Source: a virus (taxonomy: Duplodnaviria > Heunggongvirae > Uroviricota > Caudoviricetes). Taken from it: DNA of 64,000 nucleotides. The stretch is from the IMG/VR virus record IMGVR_UViG_3300043418_000226. One strand, written 5' to 3'. The notes below the pieces were generated by a model that was not told the origin of the DNA, did not search any database, and saw only the letters and a list, made by a program, of their open reading frames with translations. How positions within the stretch are numbered: the first letter of the stretch is position 1; each line of letters opens with the position of its first letter. Positions 1 to 10,229 of the stretch are shown piece after piece. A program made the translations under genes and the position numbers.

Positions 1-577
1 AATCCATAGTTACGGTTTTACTTCTTGTAATTGAACCTAACGTTTTTAATGGTGATAACGACTGATTAAAAAACGCGGTGTTTGAACTTGTGTAAGTCGC
101 GTTTCCTAAATTAGCACCGGTTGAGGTTGATGATAATGTCGAATAACTGTTACCAACGGTTAATGTTGAATTTCCATTGTTATTGTACCAATATCCACCA
201 GTTGTAATTGTATTTAAATTCATTACTTGTTGTACATTATAGAATTTAATAATGATACCTCCATTTTTTTGAATAGCACTTTTAGATTCATTTGAACCAC
301 TAACTTTATATGTCTCAAAAAGAAACTTTTTTGCTTCGTTCAAATGTCTTTCAAGAAAAACTCTTTCTCCAGGACGTAAAATGATTCCTGAACCTATGGA
401 CATTCCGTCCATTTCAAGTTTTGCCAATATTTTATTTTGTGTGGGATTGTGAAGTTCGATTTCGAACTCATCACCGTTGTTAAGATAAACGGTGTCATTG
501 TGTTGTTTTAGTCTTTGTTTACCTTTGGTAACAAATGATTGGGGACGAGCATTAGCCGTCCAGATTGATTGTTTCAT
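1..577 (-). CDS. hypothetical protein, 3' end truncated by window edge (N-terminal ~192 aa present)
   Basis: Open minus-strand frame from ATG at 577-575 running past position 1 without a stop; absent from the ORF track only because it is incomplete; Asn/Ser/Thr-rich, fibre-like composition. Confidence 0.5.
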   Translation of the reverse strand, partial: MKQSIWTANARPQSFVTKGKQRLKQHNDTVYLNNGDEFEIELHNPTQNKILAKLEMDGMSIGSGIILRPGERVFLERHLNEAKKFLFETYKVSGSNESKSAIQKNGGIIIKFYNVQQVMNLNTITTGGYWYNNNGNSTLTVGNSYSTLSSTSTGANLGNATYTSSNTAFFNQSLSPLKTLGSITRSKTVTMD

Positions 578-700
578 TTCCTTATATTTTTTTTTGTATT
601 TGAACTCGAATTCGTTGGTATCAATTCCAACTCAAATGCCACATGGACACTTCGACCTCAATCACAAGGTTAATAATAAGTATACGAAACTTTTTAAAAA

Positions 701-1171
701 TTATAAAGTGTAAACGTCAAGTTCTAACTCAGTAGTGATTAAATTATTTTCCCCAACATAAACAATAACGTTAACTACGTCACCAACAGTTATTAATCCT
801 TTACCCTCTTCATTACTAATTGATAAGTTATTTTCCCAATCTAATGGTATTGTAACTTCTTTAGTAACTGGATCATCAGAACCTTCGGGATATAATGTCA
901 TTTCCACATCGATAGATTCCGGACCCTTTATACTGTGTAATGAAATATTTTTTATCCCCCAACTTCTATGTTCCTGTTCAATAACATACGTTACATTAAT
1001 CTTTTTTGTCCAACTATCCACATCATCAATCGTCATACTATCGTATCTTTGATTAGAATTTGAACTGAATGATACCGAAATTTCTCTTGAGTAGGTGTTA
1101 TCTTCTTGTTCTAATAATATTGTTTTTTTTACTCTATCTAATTGATTCTCAGTAAGTTTAAATTTTGCCAT
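701..1171 (-). CDS. hypothetical protein with conserved N-terminal leader (MAKFKLTENQLDRVKKTILLEQ)
   Basis: 156-aa ORF; N-terminal ~21 aa match the leader motif shared with four other proteins in this window (leader finding); TAA stop. Confidence 0.6.
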   Translation of the reverse strand: MAKFKLTENQLDRVKKTILLEQEDNTYSREISVSFSSNSNQRYDSMTIDDVDSWTKKINVTYVIEQEHRSWGIKNISLHSIKGPESIDVEMTLYPEGSDDPVTKEVTIPLDWENNLSISNEEGKGLITVGDVVNVIVYVGENNLITTELELDVYTL

Positions 1172-1260
1172 AATACGTAATGTCTGTTAGTTATCTATAA
1201 ATACAGCATAAATATAAATAAAAAATTTGGCGGTGTCAAATAATTGATTATATTTGTGGA

Positions 1261-1500
1261 ATGAAAAAGTTATTATACATCCTTTTGATTGGGGTACCGA
1301 CGTTATTGTTTTCACAAACAAAAAAAACCTTTAAATCCGGTGATGTGGATGAAAAGGTTAATTTTAGATTAGATTCTTTATCTAAAAAATATAAAAAAGA
1401 TGTTTTGAGTTACATAGTAAAAACATCTAATGGTAAAACAATTCGTCAAATTGCGTATATTAAGAAAAACGAACTAATTTACGAAGAACTCGTGAATTAA
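1261..1500 (+). CDS. small secreted protein (signal peptide)
   Basis: 79-aa ORF with N-terminal MKKLLYILLIGVPTLLFSQ signal-like segment. Confidence 0.45.
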   Translation: MKKLLYILLIGVPTLLFSQTKKTFKSGDVDEKVNFRLDSLSKKYKKDVLSYIVKTSNGKTIRQIAYIKKNELIYEELVN

Positions 1501-2567
1501 CATTTCCCAACAATCTGATATCCAGTTTGACCAACTGGCGACATTACAATTACTGAACTGTCGTCAATTGCTTTGTCAAAGTTCAATAATGAACCCCCAC
1601 TAACAATATTATATAAAACAAAAGTTTTTGTTCCTGCGTCTGCCATTTGTTTTAACATGGCAGCACCTTCTGAAACTTCTCTACCCATTCCTTTTAATTG
1701 TTCAGGTGTTGGAACTTTAGTTGGGTCGACTAATATTTTTTTCATTATATCGTCATAACCTTGTGCCTCAATGGTAACTAATTGACCACCAGATACCGAT
1801 GGTGAACCATTTAATTTGGTTAATTGTGCCACATATAATGGTACGTATTTGAATGTTGTGTATTTGTGAGGTGCAGTTGCAACATAACCCGTATCTTTGG
1901 TTATTTGATTTTTAGAGTTAGAAATCACCATTCTATCGGGTATAGTTCCTGTTGCGATGGATAATTGACCCTTACCTTCTAATTTAACGTTTGTGGTAAC
2001 GTAATTGTTTTCAGGTTTACCTTGTTTACCTTCACCATTGATGTTTAATCCACATATGTTATTACCTGCACCCGATTCTCCACCACTTACAACTAATCCA
2101 ATAGTAACATATTGATATTTGGTATATTCAGGATTGTCACTTCCTTTTGTTTGGTCCCACTCAGGTCCTTGTGGTCCTAAATTTTTAATTTGAAGTGTCA
2201 CCTTTTCACCTAATTTACTCTTAATGTAATTTACTGCCGATTGTCCTCGTTTAAGTGATAGTTCTCCTGGTTTTAATCCAACACCCCTATTTGGAACTTT
2301 TGATTCTGAAGACGTTACAACGACATCATACTCCACATTTGGACTTTTTGAAACTATTGAATTAATTTCGTTAATCGCAATATCTATTTGTTCTGTGGTA
2401 GTTAACTGGAACTGTCCACTTTTGAATGAATTCGTTATATTATATTGTTTTATTGGTTTTACCTGAGCAATTGGTTTGGTCGGTGCCGCTGGAGTTACGA
2501 CTTGTTCTTCCAATATTTTGTCAATAACATTTTTAATCTGTATTTCTGTTAAAACGATAGTTCTCAT
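1497..2567 (-). CDS. hypothetical protein (possible virion protein) with N-terminal leader MRTIVLTEIQIKNVIDKILEEQ
   Basis: 356-aa ORF; leader motif ending ILEEQ; Gly/Thr-rich; convergent with the downstream + strand gene. Confidence 0.65.
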   Translation of the reverse strand: MRTIVLTEIQIKNVIDKILEEQVVTPAAPTKPIAQVKPIKQYNITNSFKSGQFQLTTTEQIDIAINEINSIVSKSPNVEYDVVVTSSESKVPNRGVGLKPGELSLKRGQSAVNYIKSKLGEKVTLQIKNLGPQGPEWDQTKGSDNPEYTKYQYVTIGLVVSGGESGAGNNICGLNINGEGKQGKPENNYVTTNVKLEGKGQLSIATGTIPDRMVISNSKNQITKDTGYVATAPHKYTTFKYVPLYVAQLTKLNGSPSVSGGQLVTIEAQGYDDIMKKILVDPTKVPTPEQLKGMGREVSEGAAMLKQMADAGTKTFVLYNIVSGGSLLNFDKAIDDSSVIVMSPVGQTGYQIVGKC

Positions 2568-2646
2568 TATTTCTTTTTTTATAAATATCTAAATAAAGTA
2601 TATCGAATATTTATTGTTAAATAAACTTACAAATTAAATAAAAATT

Positions 2647-3489
2647 ATGTTACTTAAATTAGGATCACAAGGGGAAGACGTAAAAAAACTACAAGTTAAA
2701 TTAGGTGTTGACCCAATTGGTAATTTTGGACCAAAAACGGAAAGTGCAGTTAAAAAATGGCAATTGGATAATGGATTAACTGCCGATGGAATAGTTGGAG
2801 ATGGCACTTGGAGTAAATTGTTTAGTGAGAGTACGGTATCTGCACCGAGAGTTATTACAGAACCCGCACCGGTTTCTACTGTGGGTGGTCTTAAATTAGA
2901 AAAACTAAGAGGTCACATTCCGGATTCCGTTATAGCACAAATTCCAGATACTGCTTCTAAATTCCAAATAAACACACCATTAAGATTGGCACATTTCTTA
3001 GCCCAATGTGGACACGAATCGGGAGGTTTTAGGGCAACCCAAGAAAATTTAAATTATTCAGCAAAAGGGTTGAATGGGATTTTTAAGAAATACTTCCCAA
3101 CTGAATCTGCAGCGACTCCATATGCGAGACAACCTGAGAAAATTGCGTCTAAAGTTTATGCGAATAGAATGGGAAATGGTGCCGAGTCCACAAAAGAAGG
3201 GTATAAATTCAGAGGCCGAGGATATATTCAATTAACCGGAAAAGATAACTATACATTATTCGGTAAATCAATAAATGAAGACATATGTTCGAATCCTGAT
3301 AAAGTTGCCGTTAATTATGCATTATTATCCGCGGCTTGGTTCTTCAATAAAAATGGATTACATAAAATTGCAGATGAGGGGTCGAGTGATGTTGTTGTTA
3401 CAAAAATAACAAAACGTGTAAATGGCGGTACAATTGGGTTACCGGATAGAATAAAACACTTTAAAGAGTATTTTGCATTATTATCATAA
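2647..3489 (+). CDS. endolysin: N-terminal peptidoglycan-binding domain plus GH19 chitinase-like lysozyme domain
   Basis: PG_binding_1-like repeats (LQVKLGV..DGxFGPKT, LTADGIVGDGTW) followed by LAHFLAQCGHESGGF / GRGYIQLTG motifs typical of family 19 phage lysins. Confidence 0.8.
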   Translation: MLLKLGSQGEDVKKLQVKLGVDPIGNFGPKTESAVKKWQLDNGLTADGIVGDGTWSKLFSESTVSAPRVITEPAPVSTVGGLKLEKLRGHIPDSVIAQIPDTASKFQINTPLRLAHFLAQCGHESGGFRATQENLNYSAKGLNGIFKKYFPTESAATPYARQPEKIASKVYANRMGNGAESTKEGYKFRGRGYIQLTGKDNYTLFGKSINEDICSNPDKVAVNYALLSAAWFFNKNGLHKIADEGSSDVVVTKITKRVNGGTIGLPDRIKHFKEYFALLS

Positions 3490-3517
3490 AAAAAGGGAGT
3501 TTATACTCCCTTTTTTA
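3488..3517. terminator. bidirectional intrinsic terminator between convergent genes
   Basis: hairpin GGGAGT-TTAT-ACTCCC flanked by an A-run and a T-run. Confidence 0.6.
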
Positions 3518-5174
3518 TTTCTTTAATATCTGTATCAGTTTCAGGTTCGAAGTCCGTCATCTGTTTTACTTTTTTACCTTCAATGGGTAGTAGTTTTTGA
3601 CTTAATTTTTCTTCCCAAGTTCGTTCACTTACAAAATAGCCTTCAGCCTCACCTCCACCATGTAGCGTTGGGTTGTCAGTTACAACGTAAAATGTTACAT
3701 TATGACTTGAGTGGTAAGGGATAATACTATAATAGGTTCCCTCATCATCTTTTGCCGCTATCATTTTACCTTCACTAAAGGAGTCGTTTAATAATGACCC
3801 GTTTACGGTTACCCAATTAAATTTAGTTATATCGTAGATACCATATTCTTTAGTTCTCTTATTTTGATAAATTCTTATTTTGTTGTTAGTGACGTTAGTT
3901 CTAACAAGTTCATAATCATTTTTCATGAAATCATCCACCAAATAACCAATACCTGATTTACCTAATATTTTTAATTTCCTATCAAGTTTATTAAGATATC
4001 CTGGTGTTGCAATAATCGTATTTAAAAGTTCAGAACTTGAAACCCTTGTAAACGCATCTGCTACCGTCATCATATCGATATATTTAGTTTTCAATTCATT
4101 ACTCATTGATTTCCAAGATTTAACGGTGTTAATTGTACCACCATTATCAATGTATTGTTCTTTAACTTCATCAGTTTGTCTTGCAAATTCATTCGGACTT
4201 CCCAATATTTCATTAATCGTATCAGTAATCGTTGCATTTTCTAATTCTTCATCAGACATTTCGCGATAACTAATAAGGTTTCTATGGTTAGCAAGTTTAG
4301 GATAAATTGCAACAACTTCTTGCCAAGAGTACGTATTATCACCATCATTAAGCATCGACGTAATTCTATATGAACCGCTATCATCTATTTGAAGAGCACT
4401 CATGTAGAATTTACTTTCTTTTGGATCTTCGGATAACGGGTTTCTACTTTCGTCAATTACAAAATAAAATGTTCTTTGATGTCTAGTTCTGTAGTTACCA
4501 TATAGATTACCACCTTGACCATATAGGTAATTTCCATCGGCATCCCGTTCAGTTACATCACTACCTCTCCATGTCACACACCAAGGTGCCGAAACATTTG
4601 TGTGATATTGGGAATTTCTGTTGTATTTTAACCATGCCTGTTTATGGATAGTTTGATAATAGTAACCCATTCTAATTACTTGAGTTTGATTTAGAATTGA
4701 GTACACCCTAAAACCGTCTTCGTTAATGATAGCATTATCAGATTCCCACATTGCCTTCGAGGCCTCAATTTTAGATTCGGTTGGTTGATTACCGTTTTCC
4801 TCAAAAACTTTATTAATATTCACTTTAGGGGCGTCTTCCCCACCGTCAACATCACCACCCATTTTAAAACCACTATATGTTTTTAAAAAGTCTAAAATTT
4901 CTTTAAGGGTAAATTTTGTAATATCCTTTAAGTCATTAATGTTAAATTTTCTAAACCCGTGATTTCCGTCGTGACGAGCCAAAAAAGTAACAACTCCCGG
5001 TCTGTCTTCGGTGATATTAGGTTTTATGACACTATGTTTATTGTAAATTTCTTCACCTTGTTCCGGTGTAAGTTCTGGATATTCTAATCTCCATTTTGTC
5101 ATTAGTGCGTTGAATAAAGTTTTGTTTTTAACTTCTTCTACTAACATATCGTAAACTATATCGTTGATTCTCAT
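3501..5174 (-). CDS. hypothetical protein (557 aa)
   Basis: long uninterrupted ORF, TAA stop; no motif recognised. Confidence 0.7.
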   Translation of the reverse strand: MRINDIVYDMLVEEVKNKTLFNALMTKWRLEYPELTPEQGEEIYNKHSVIKPNITEDRPGVVTFLARHDGNHGFRKFNINDLKDITKFTLKEILDFLKTYSGFKMGGDVDGGEDAPKVNINKVFEENGNQPTESKIEASKAMWESDNAIINEDGFRVYSILNQTQVIRMGYYYQTIHKQAWLKYNRNSQYHTNVSAPWCVTWRGSDVTERDADGNYLYGQGGNLYGNYRTRHQRTFYFVIDESRNPLSEDPKESKFYMSALQIDDSGSYRITSMLNDGDNTYSWQEVVAIYPKLANHRNLISYREMSDEELENATITDTINEILGSPNEFARQTDEVKEQYIDNGGTINTVKSWKSMSNELKTKYIDMMTVADAFTRVSSSELLNTIIATPGYLNKLDRKLKILGKSGIGYLVDDFMKNDYELVRTNVTNNKIRIYQNKRTKEYGIYDITKFNWVTVNGSLLNDSFSEGKMIAAKDDEGTYYSIIPYHSSHNVTFYVVTDNPTLHGGGEAEGYFVSERTWEEKLSQKLLPIEGKKVKQMTDFEPETDTDIKEIKKGV

Positions 5175-5254
5175 AATAAATAAATATACTATAAATATCT
5201 TTATTTTGGTAGATTTACTTATGAGATAAAACTATGTATATTTAAAGAAAAAAG

Positions 5255-5824
5255 ATGTCACAGGAACCACTACTGAAGATAGGTTATTATTCAATATACG
5301 AGATTAGAACCCCTAAAGGTAAAAAATATATGGTGGATAGTGGTAAAACTATTTTCCTTGAAAGATTTAAAAAGTATATAATAAATCCATATCGAGACAC
5401 TAAGGAGTTCATGTCTTTGGATAAGGCTAAAGAATATGTTAAAACAAAACTTTCTAAACGTAAAAAAGATAAAGAGAAGAAATTAAGTAAAATACCGAAG
5501 TCTTTATATCTTGTATTAATAAAGGAGGAGTCGACCGGTATCACTATAGTTAAAGTCGGCATCACCGCTAAAAGATTTATAATGAGACGTTTCAGTAAGG
5601 CATATGGTTATGAAGGATATGTGGTGGAAACAATATTGAGGAGAATTGAAACTCCACATGCTGAGAAATTTGAGAGTGATATTAAATCGATATTAAATAA
5701 AAAAAGGTCCGTAAAAAAATACAGACCTGTTTTAAAATCATTTTCAGGATATTCTGAATGTTTTGATTATTCGTGTTTGGAGGAGATAGTTACTGTTTTT
5801 GACCAAATATCATCCAAAGGTTAA
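5255..5824 (+). CDS. hypothetical protein, possibly T5orf172/GIY-YIG-related domain
   Basis: 189-aa ORF; KIGYYSIYEI and VKVGITAKRF segments weakly resemble the T5orf172 fold; weak call. Confidence 0.4.
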   Translation: MSQEPLLKIGYYSIYEIRTPKGKKYMVDSGKTIFLERFKKYIINPYRDTKEFMSLDKAKEYVKTKLSKRKKDKEKKLSKIPKSLYLVLIKEESTGITIVKVGITAKRFIMRRFSKAYGYEGYVVETILRRIETPHAEKFESDIKSILNKKRSVKKYRPVLKSFSGYSECFDYSCLEEIVTVFDQISSKG

Positions 5825-6213
5825 CTACAAGATGGTCCCCATCCGAATACATCCATCAACTTACCCCATAAGTCACGTCCCATGTAACCAAGTTCGATTA
5901 ATTTTTTTGCCGATTTACAACCAATCATACCATCGGCATCCAAACCATTATTTTGTTGGAAAATTGCCAACGCCGATTTTGATTTATCACCCCATGCACC
6001 GTCTGCACCAATCATGATGATGGGGGCCTTTGGATTTAATGTAAAGTCAGAACCGTTCCACGTTCCTCTTATGTTTTTCTTTTTAAAATAGTCATTAAGT
6101 GCAATTTGCACGTAATGCACATCTTCAGGTGAATCGGTGTCACCATATTGTTCATTAATTTGTTTATCAATGATTTTTTTAATTTGACTTTCTGTAAAAA
6201 TGTATTTTTTCAT
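5821..6213 (-). CDS. peptidoglycan-binding domain protein with N-terminal leader MKKYIFTESQIKKIIDKQINEQ
   Basis: C-terminal DGAWGDKSKSALAIFQQNNGLDADGMIGCKSAKKL matches the PG_binding_1 pattern; leader motif at the N-terminus. Confidence 0.65.
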   Translation of the reverse strand: MKKYIFTESQIKKIIDKQINEQYGDTDSPEDVHYVQIALNDYFKKKNIRGTWNGSDFTLNPKAPIIMIGADGAWGDKSKSALAIFQQNNGLDADGMIGCKSAKKLIELGYMGRDLWGKLMDVFGWGPSCS

Positions 6214-6224
6214 GTTAATAAATA

Positions 6225-6911
6225 TTAGATTTCTTGAATGAAGTTTGAAATGTACCCCGACATTCTTTCCGACCTCATGTTAAATGTGTTTATTTCTTCT
6301 TTTGTAAGGTTTGTCGGATGTAAATAATCAAGCCCAATTGAACCAATTAAAGAATCCGTTGACATATCGAAAATACCTTTAGAAACCGCAGAAACAGTAC
6401 CAACCGATTCAAGGGCCGCTTTTAAACCAAATGTCGAAATTTCGGGATTTGAAATATCGGATATGTAAATTGTGTTACCTATCATTTGTTGTTCAATTGA
6501 ACGACTAAAAAGTGAAACAGGAAGATTATTAAATGTCATACCAATCGATGAAACTCCAAGTCTTGAAACTTCATGCATAACTGAGAATTTTTGAATTGAT
6601 TTATTCGTATGTAGGAAGTGACCTCCGTTATGTATAATTGTTATCCACGCTCTATCTGCGTTAAATTTTTCTCTAATATATTCTAACTCTTCCGTAATAA
6701 TTGCTGACTGTTCTAATTCCTTTTTAACCGGATCGATGACGACCGGTTCCGAATGGTTACCTAATTTTGACTTTACATATTCAACACCCGCAGGTCCTAA
6801 TAAGGCCGTAATTAAAGTAACTATAACTGTTCCGAGTAATTCTATTGTGTGTTGTTCCATAGTATAGTTTATAAATACCTTACCGTTAAATAAAGTAATA
6901 AAAAATATCAC
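6225..6911 (-). CDS. hypothetical protein (228 aa)
   Basis: complete ORF; N-terminal hydrophobic segment. Confidence 0.6.
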   Translation of the reverse strand: MIFFITLFNGKVFINYTMEQHTIELLGTVIVTLITALLGPAGVEYVKSKLGNHSEPVVIDPVKKELEQSAIITEELEYIREKFNADRAWITIIHNGGHFLHTNKSIQKFSVMHEVSRLGVSSIGMTFNNLPVSLFSRSIEQQMIGNTIYISDISNPEISTFGLKAALESVGTVSAVSKGIFDMSTDSLIGSIGLDYLHPTNLTKEEINTFNMRSERMSGYISNFIQEI

Positions 6912-7065
6912 ATCTATACAGTCAAAAACGTAAATAATGTCAGATTTTAAGATTTAAGTTTAAAACATAACGAAAATTATGTGTGATTTTTTTCTAATCT
7001 ATTTTTATTTGTCGACAATTTGTGTTATACTTTCTGAAACAATAAATTTTTTAAACAAAAAAAAC

Positions 7066-9612
7066 ATGAAAAAAACAAGTATTATGACAATTGTGTTAAT
7101 GTTACTATCGGTAGTATCATTTGCACAAATTAAGGGTCGAGTCATCGATCAAACAACTAAAGAAACCTTACCGGGTGTTAACATTATAACAACTAAAGGT
7201 GGGGTTACCACTGGTCTTGATGGTACGTTTACATTAAAAACCTCAAAATCGGGCGATAATTTAAAGGTTTCATATGTTGGATATAAAACAATCGATGTTA
7301 CCGCAAAGAATGACATTCTAATTGAAATGTTACCAACATCAACTGGTTTAAAAGAAGTCGTGGTCATGTCGTCATACGGTATTGATAGAAAGACCCCTGC
7401 AGCGATATCGTCAATTTCTACGAAGTTTGCAATTGAGAATTTAGGTTCACAAGAATTACCTGAATTATTAAAAATAACCCCGTCAGCGTTTATTACAAAA
7501 AGTGGTGGTGGATATGGGGATTCTCGTATTAACATTAGAGGATTTGATAATAAAAATATCGCGGTGTTAATCAATGGAGTACCTGTAAACGACATGGAAA
7601 GTGGTACAGTATACTTTTCAAATTGGGCAGGTATTGGAAATTCATTAAAACAAATGCAAGTTCAGAGAGGTCTTGGAGCATCTAAATTGGCTATCCAATC
7701 AGTTGGGGGTACGATGAATATTATTACTAAAACTACCGACATCGAAAAAGGTGGTTCAATTGAACAATCGACAACAGATTACGGACTCTCTAAAACAGTT
7801 TTATCGTTATCAACTGGTAACACTAAAAAGGGAGCATTAAGTTTTGTTGGTTCAGCAACTCAAGGTAATGGTTATATTGAGGGTACTAACACTAAAGCCT
7901 TTTCATATTTCTTATCATACTCTAAGGATTTCGGCACTAAACATAAAATTCAATTTACCGCAATTGGTGCACCTCAAGAACATGGACAAAGAACAACTCG
8001 TTTGACACCCGCAGAGTATACTCAATATGGTTTAAAATATAATAAAGATATCTACACAGTTAACGGTGAACAACATAACATTGCAACTAACTATTATCAT
8101 AAACCTATTTTTAGTTTAAATCATTATTGGACTATTTCACCTAAAACAACTTTAACCACATCAGCATATGGTTCGATTGGTCATGGTGGTGGTAGTGGTG
8201 CCATCGGTTCATATGCCACGGGTACTTTAAGAGATGCGGACGGACATTTAATTTTAGATAACCAAGTTACTATCAACGCAACATCGACTACCGGTTCAAA
8301 ATATGGTATCCGTAATTCAATTAATAATCACACATGGTACGGAGTATTATCGACATTAAATCATGATTTAACTGAAAATTTAAACTTAACTGTAGGTGTA
8401 GATGCTAGATCATATAAGGGAACTCACTTCCGTGAAATGAGAGATTTAATTGGTGGTTCATACTATAAAGATTTGTTTAACACACACGCAACTGTCGATG
8501 CAAATGCGAGTGATTATATTAACGTAACTAAAATTACACCTGCGGATAATAGAGTGGCTTATGACAATGATGGTTTAGTTAATTACGGAGGAACATTCGG
8601 ACAATTGGAATACTCTAAAGATAAATTATCTGCGTTTATTCAAGGAGCAATTTCTCAAACTCAATATCAAAGAGCTGATAGATACTACACAAATCAAGTA
8701 GAACATTTATCTGAAAAAGTTAACATCACAGGATATAACTACAAAGGAGGATTCAACTATAATATTGACAATAGTAATAACGTTTTTGTTAATGCCGGTC
8801 AATATAGTAGAGCACCTTATTTTTCGTTTATTTTTAATGGAGCGTCACCATCGTCGGCAACTGCGATTAATAGTGGTAATACCGTAAACACTAACATTAA
8901 AAACGAAGAAGCAACGGCATATGAAGTTGGTTATGGTTTTAGAAGTAGAGCGTTCCGTTTTAAGGTAAACGCATATTACACAGATTTTGCCAATCGTTCA
9001 TTAACGTCTCCATTATTAACAAATGCTGATGGTACTCAATACAGAGCATTAATAACCGGACAAGGAGCGTTACATAAAGGTATTGAATTAGAAGCGGCAT
9101 TTAAAGTTACTACTGATTTAGACATCAACGGATTTGCATCTTTTGGTGATTGGAAATGGAAAGGGAACGCTTCGGCAATTATCAGAGACGAAATTAAAAA
9201 TACAGACGTAAAAACATCGATATATTCCGACGGTTTATATGTTGGAGATCAACCTCAAACACAAGTAGGTGCGTACGTTAGATATCAAATTACAAAAGGA
9301 CTAGACGTTTCAGGAACGTATACGTTTAATGATAAATATTACGCATACTACGACCCCACATCTAGAACAACGTCAACTGTTACTGCACAACCATACAAAT
9401 TAGATGCGTTTGGTGTAACGGATGCGCGTGTTGGATATAAATTTAAAATTGGTAAGTATGAGACATATGCACAATATCAGGTTTATAATTTATTTAACGA
9501 AGATTATTGGGTAGAGGCTAACGATGCCGGTGGAACCGCAGTCGGAACATTAGGTTCAGGTTTCAAGGGTTGGGGTAGAAACTCTAACTTTAGTTTGAAG
9601 ATTAATTTCTAA
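7066..9612 (+). CDS. TonB-dependent outer-membrane receptor (CarboxypepD_reg + plug + beta-barrel; SusC/RagA-like)
   Basis: signal peptide MKKTSIMTIVLMLLSVVSFAQ; KGRVID..LPGVNI N-terminal domain; plug-like SSYGIDRKTPAAIS; many predicted beta strands; C-terminal aromatic residue (F); start moved to the ATG at 7066 in the tracked frame. Confidence 0.8.
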   Translation: MKKTSIMTIVLMLLSVVSFAQIKGRVIDQTTKETLPGVNIITTKGGVTTGLDGTFTLKTSKSGDNLKVSYVGYKTIDVTAKNDILIEMLPTSTGLKEVVVMSSYGIDRKTPAAISSISTKFAIENLGSQELPELLKITPSAFITKSGGGYGDSRINIRGFDNKNIAVLINGVPVNDMESGTVYFSNWAGIGNSLKQMQVQRGLGASKLAIQSVGGTMNIITKTTDIEKGGSIEQSTTDYGLSKTVLSLSTGNTKKGALSFVGSATQGNGYIEGTNTKAFSYFLSYSKDFGTKHKIQFTAIGAPQEHGQRTTRLTPAEYTQYGLKYNKDIYTVNGEQHNIATNYYHKPIFSLNHYWTISPKTTLTTSAYGSIGHGGGSGAIGSYATGTLRDADGHLILDNQVTINATSTTGSKYGIRNSINNHTWYGVLSTLNHDLTENLNLTVGVDARSYKGTHFREMRDLIGGSYYKDLFNTHATVDANASDYINVTKITPADNRVAYDNDGLVNYGGTFGQLEYSKDKLSAFIQGAISQTQYQRADRYYTNQVEHLSEKVNITGYNYKGGFNYNIDNSNNVFVNAGQYSRAPYFSFIFNGASPSSATAINSGNTVNTNIKNEEATAYEVGYGFRSRAFRFKVNAYYTDFANRSLTSPLLTNADGTQYRALITGQGALHKGIELEAAFKVTTDLDINGFASFGDWKWKGNASAIIRDEIKNTDVKTSIYSDGLYVGDQPQTQVGAYVRYQITKGLDVSGTYTFNDKYYAYYDPTSRTTSTVTAQPYKLDAFGVTDARVGYKFKIGKYETYAQYQVYNLFNEDYWVEANDAGGTAVGTLGSGFKGWGRNSNFSLKINF

Positions 9613-9629
9613 AAAAGTTGAATAATAAT

Positions 9630-9663
9630 TAAAGGGAGATTTTACAGTCTCCCTTTTTTTTTG
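9630..9663 (+). terminator. intrinsic terminator
   Basis: GGGAGAT-TTTACAG-TCTCCC hairpin followed by a T9 run. Confidence 0.65.
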
Positions 9664-9674
9664 TATATTATAGT

Positions 9675-10229
9675 ATGAGTTTAATTATTAATTTCTTTGG
9701 TGGTCCAGGTATTGGTAAGTCCACACAATCGGCAGGTTTATTTACTAAAATGAAAAAGTCACACATGGATGTGGAATTAACGTATGAATTCCCAAAAATT
9801 GTTGCATGGGAAGAAAACTATTCAGCAATTAAGGACCAATTCTATATTACCGCGAATCAACATAGGAACATAAGTAGATTGTATAATAAGGTGAAATATA
9901 TAATTGTTGATTCTCCAATTATATTAGGTATGGTTTATAAAGATAGGTACAGTCTTGAACCAGAGTATCCTGCAATGTTTTATGATGAAACATTTGACAC
10001 TTTTGTTGTGACACTATTTAAGAAGTACGATAGTCTTAATATACTATTAACCAGAAACGATGCAACATATGATGAGAACGGTAGGTTCCAAAATTTACAA
10101 GAATCTAAAAAAATTGATGAAGACATTAAACAAAAACTTATCACTCACGATATACCTTTTGTTGAATTTAACGTTCATAATAATACTGCTTCGGATATAT
10201 TTAATTATATAAAACAAAACAATTTATGA
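9675..10229 (+). CDS. P-loop NTPase, putative nucleoside/nucleotide kinase
   Basis: Walker A GGPGIGKST at the N-terminus; 184 aa; TGA stop overlaps the next start (ATGA). Confidence 0.6.
   Translation: MSLIINFFGGPGIGKSTQSAGLFTKMKKSHMDVELTYEFPKIVAWEENYSAIKDQFYITANQHRNISRLYNKVKYIIVDSPIILGMVYKDRYSLEPEYPAMFYDETFDTFVVTLFKKYDSLNILLTRNDATYDENGRFQNLQESKKIDEDIKQKLITHDIPFVEFNVHNNTASDIFNYIKQNNL

Noticed and set aside
492-713. 73-aa + strand ORF
   Set aside because: Lies entirely antisense to and overlapping the minus-strand ORF 1..577 and the intergenic region; Cys/Leu-rich junk composition.
1573-1758. 61-aa + ORF
   Set aside because: Fully inside and antisense to the 356-aa minus-strand gene.
5287-6017. 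ORFs 5287..5565 (-) and 5799..6017 (+)
   Set aside because: Embedded antisense within the longer genes 5255..5824 and 5821..6213.
7149-7595. 148-aa minus ORF
   Set aside because: Antisense inside the TonB-dependent receptor gene.
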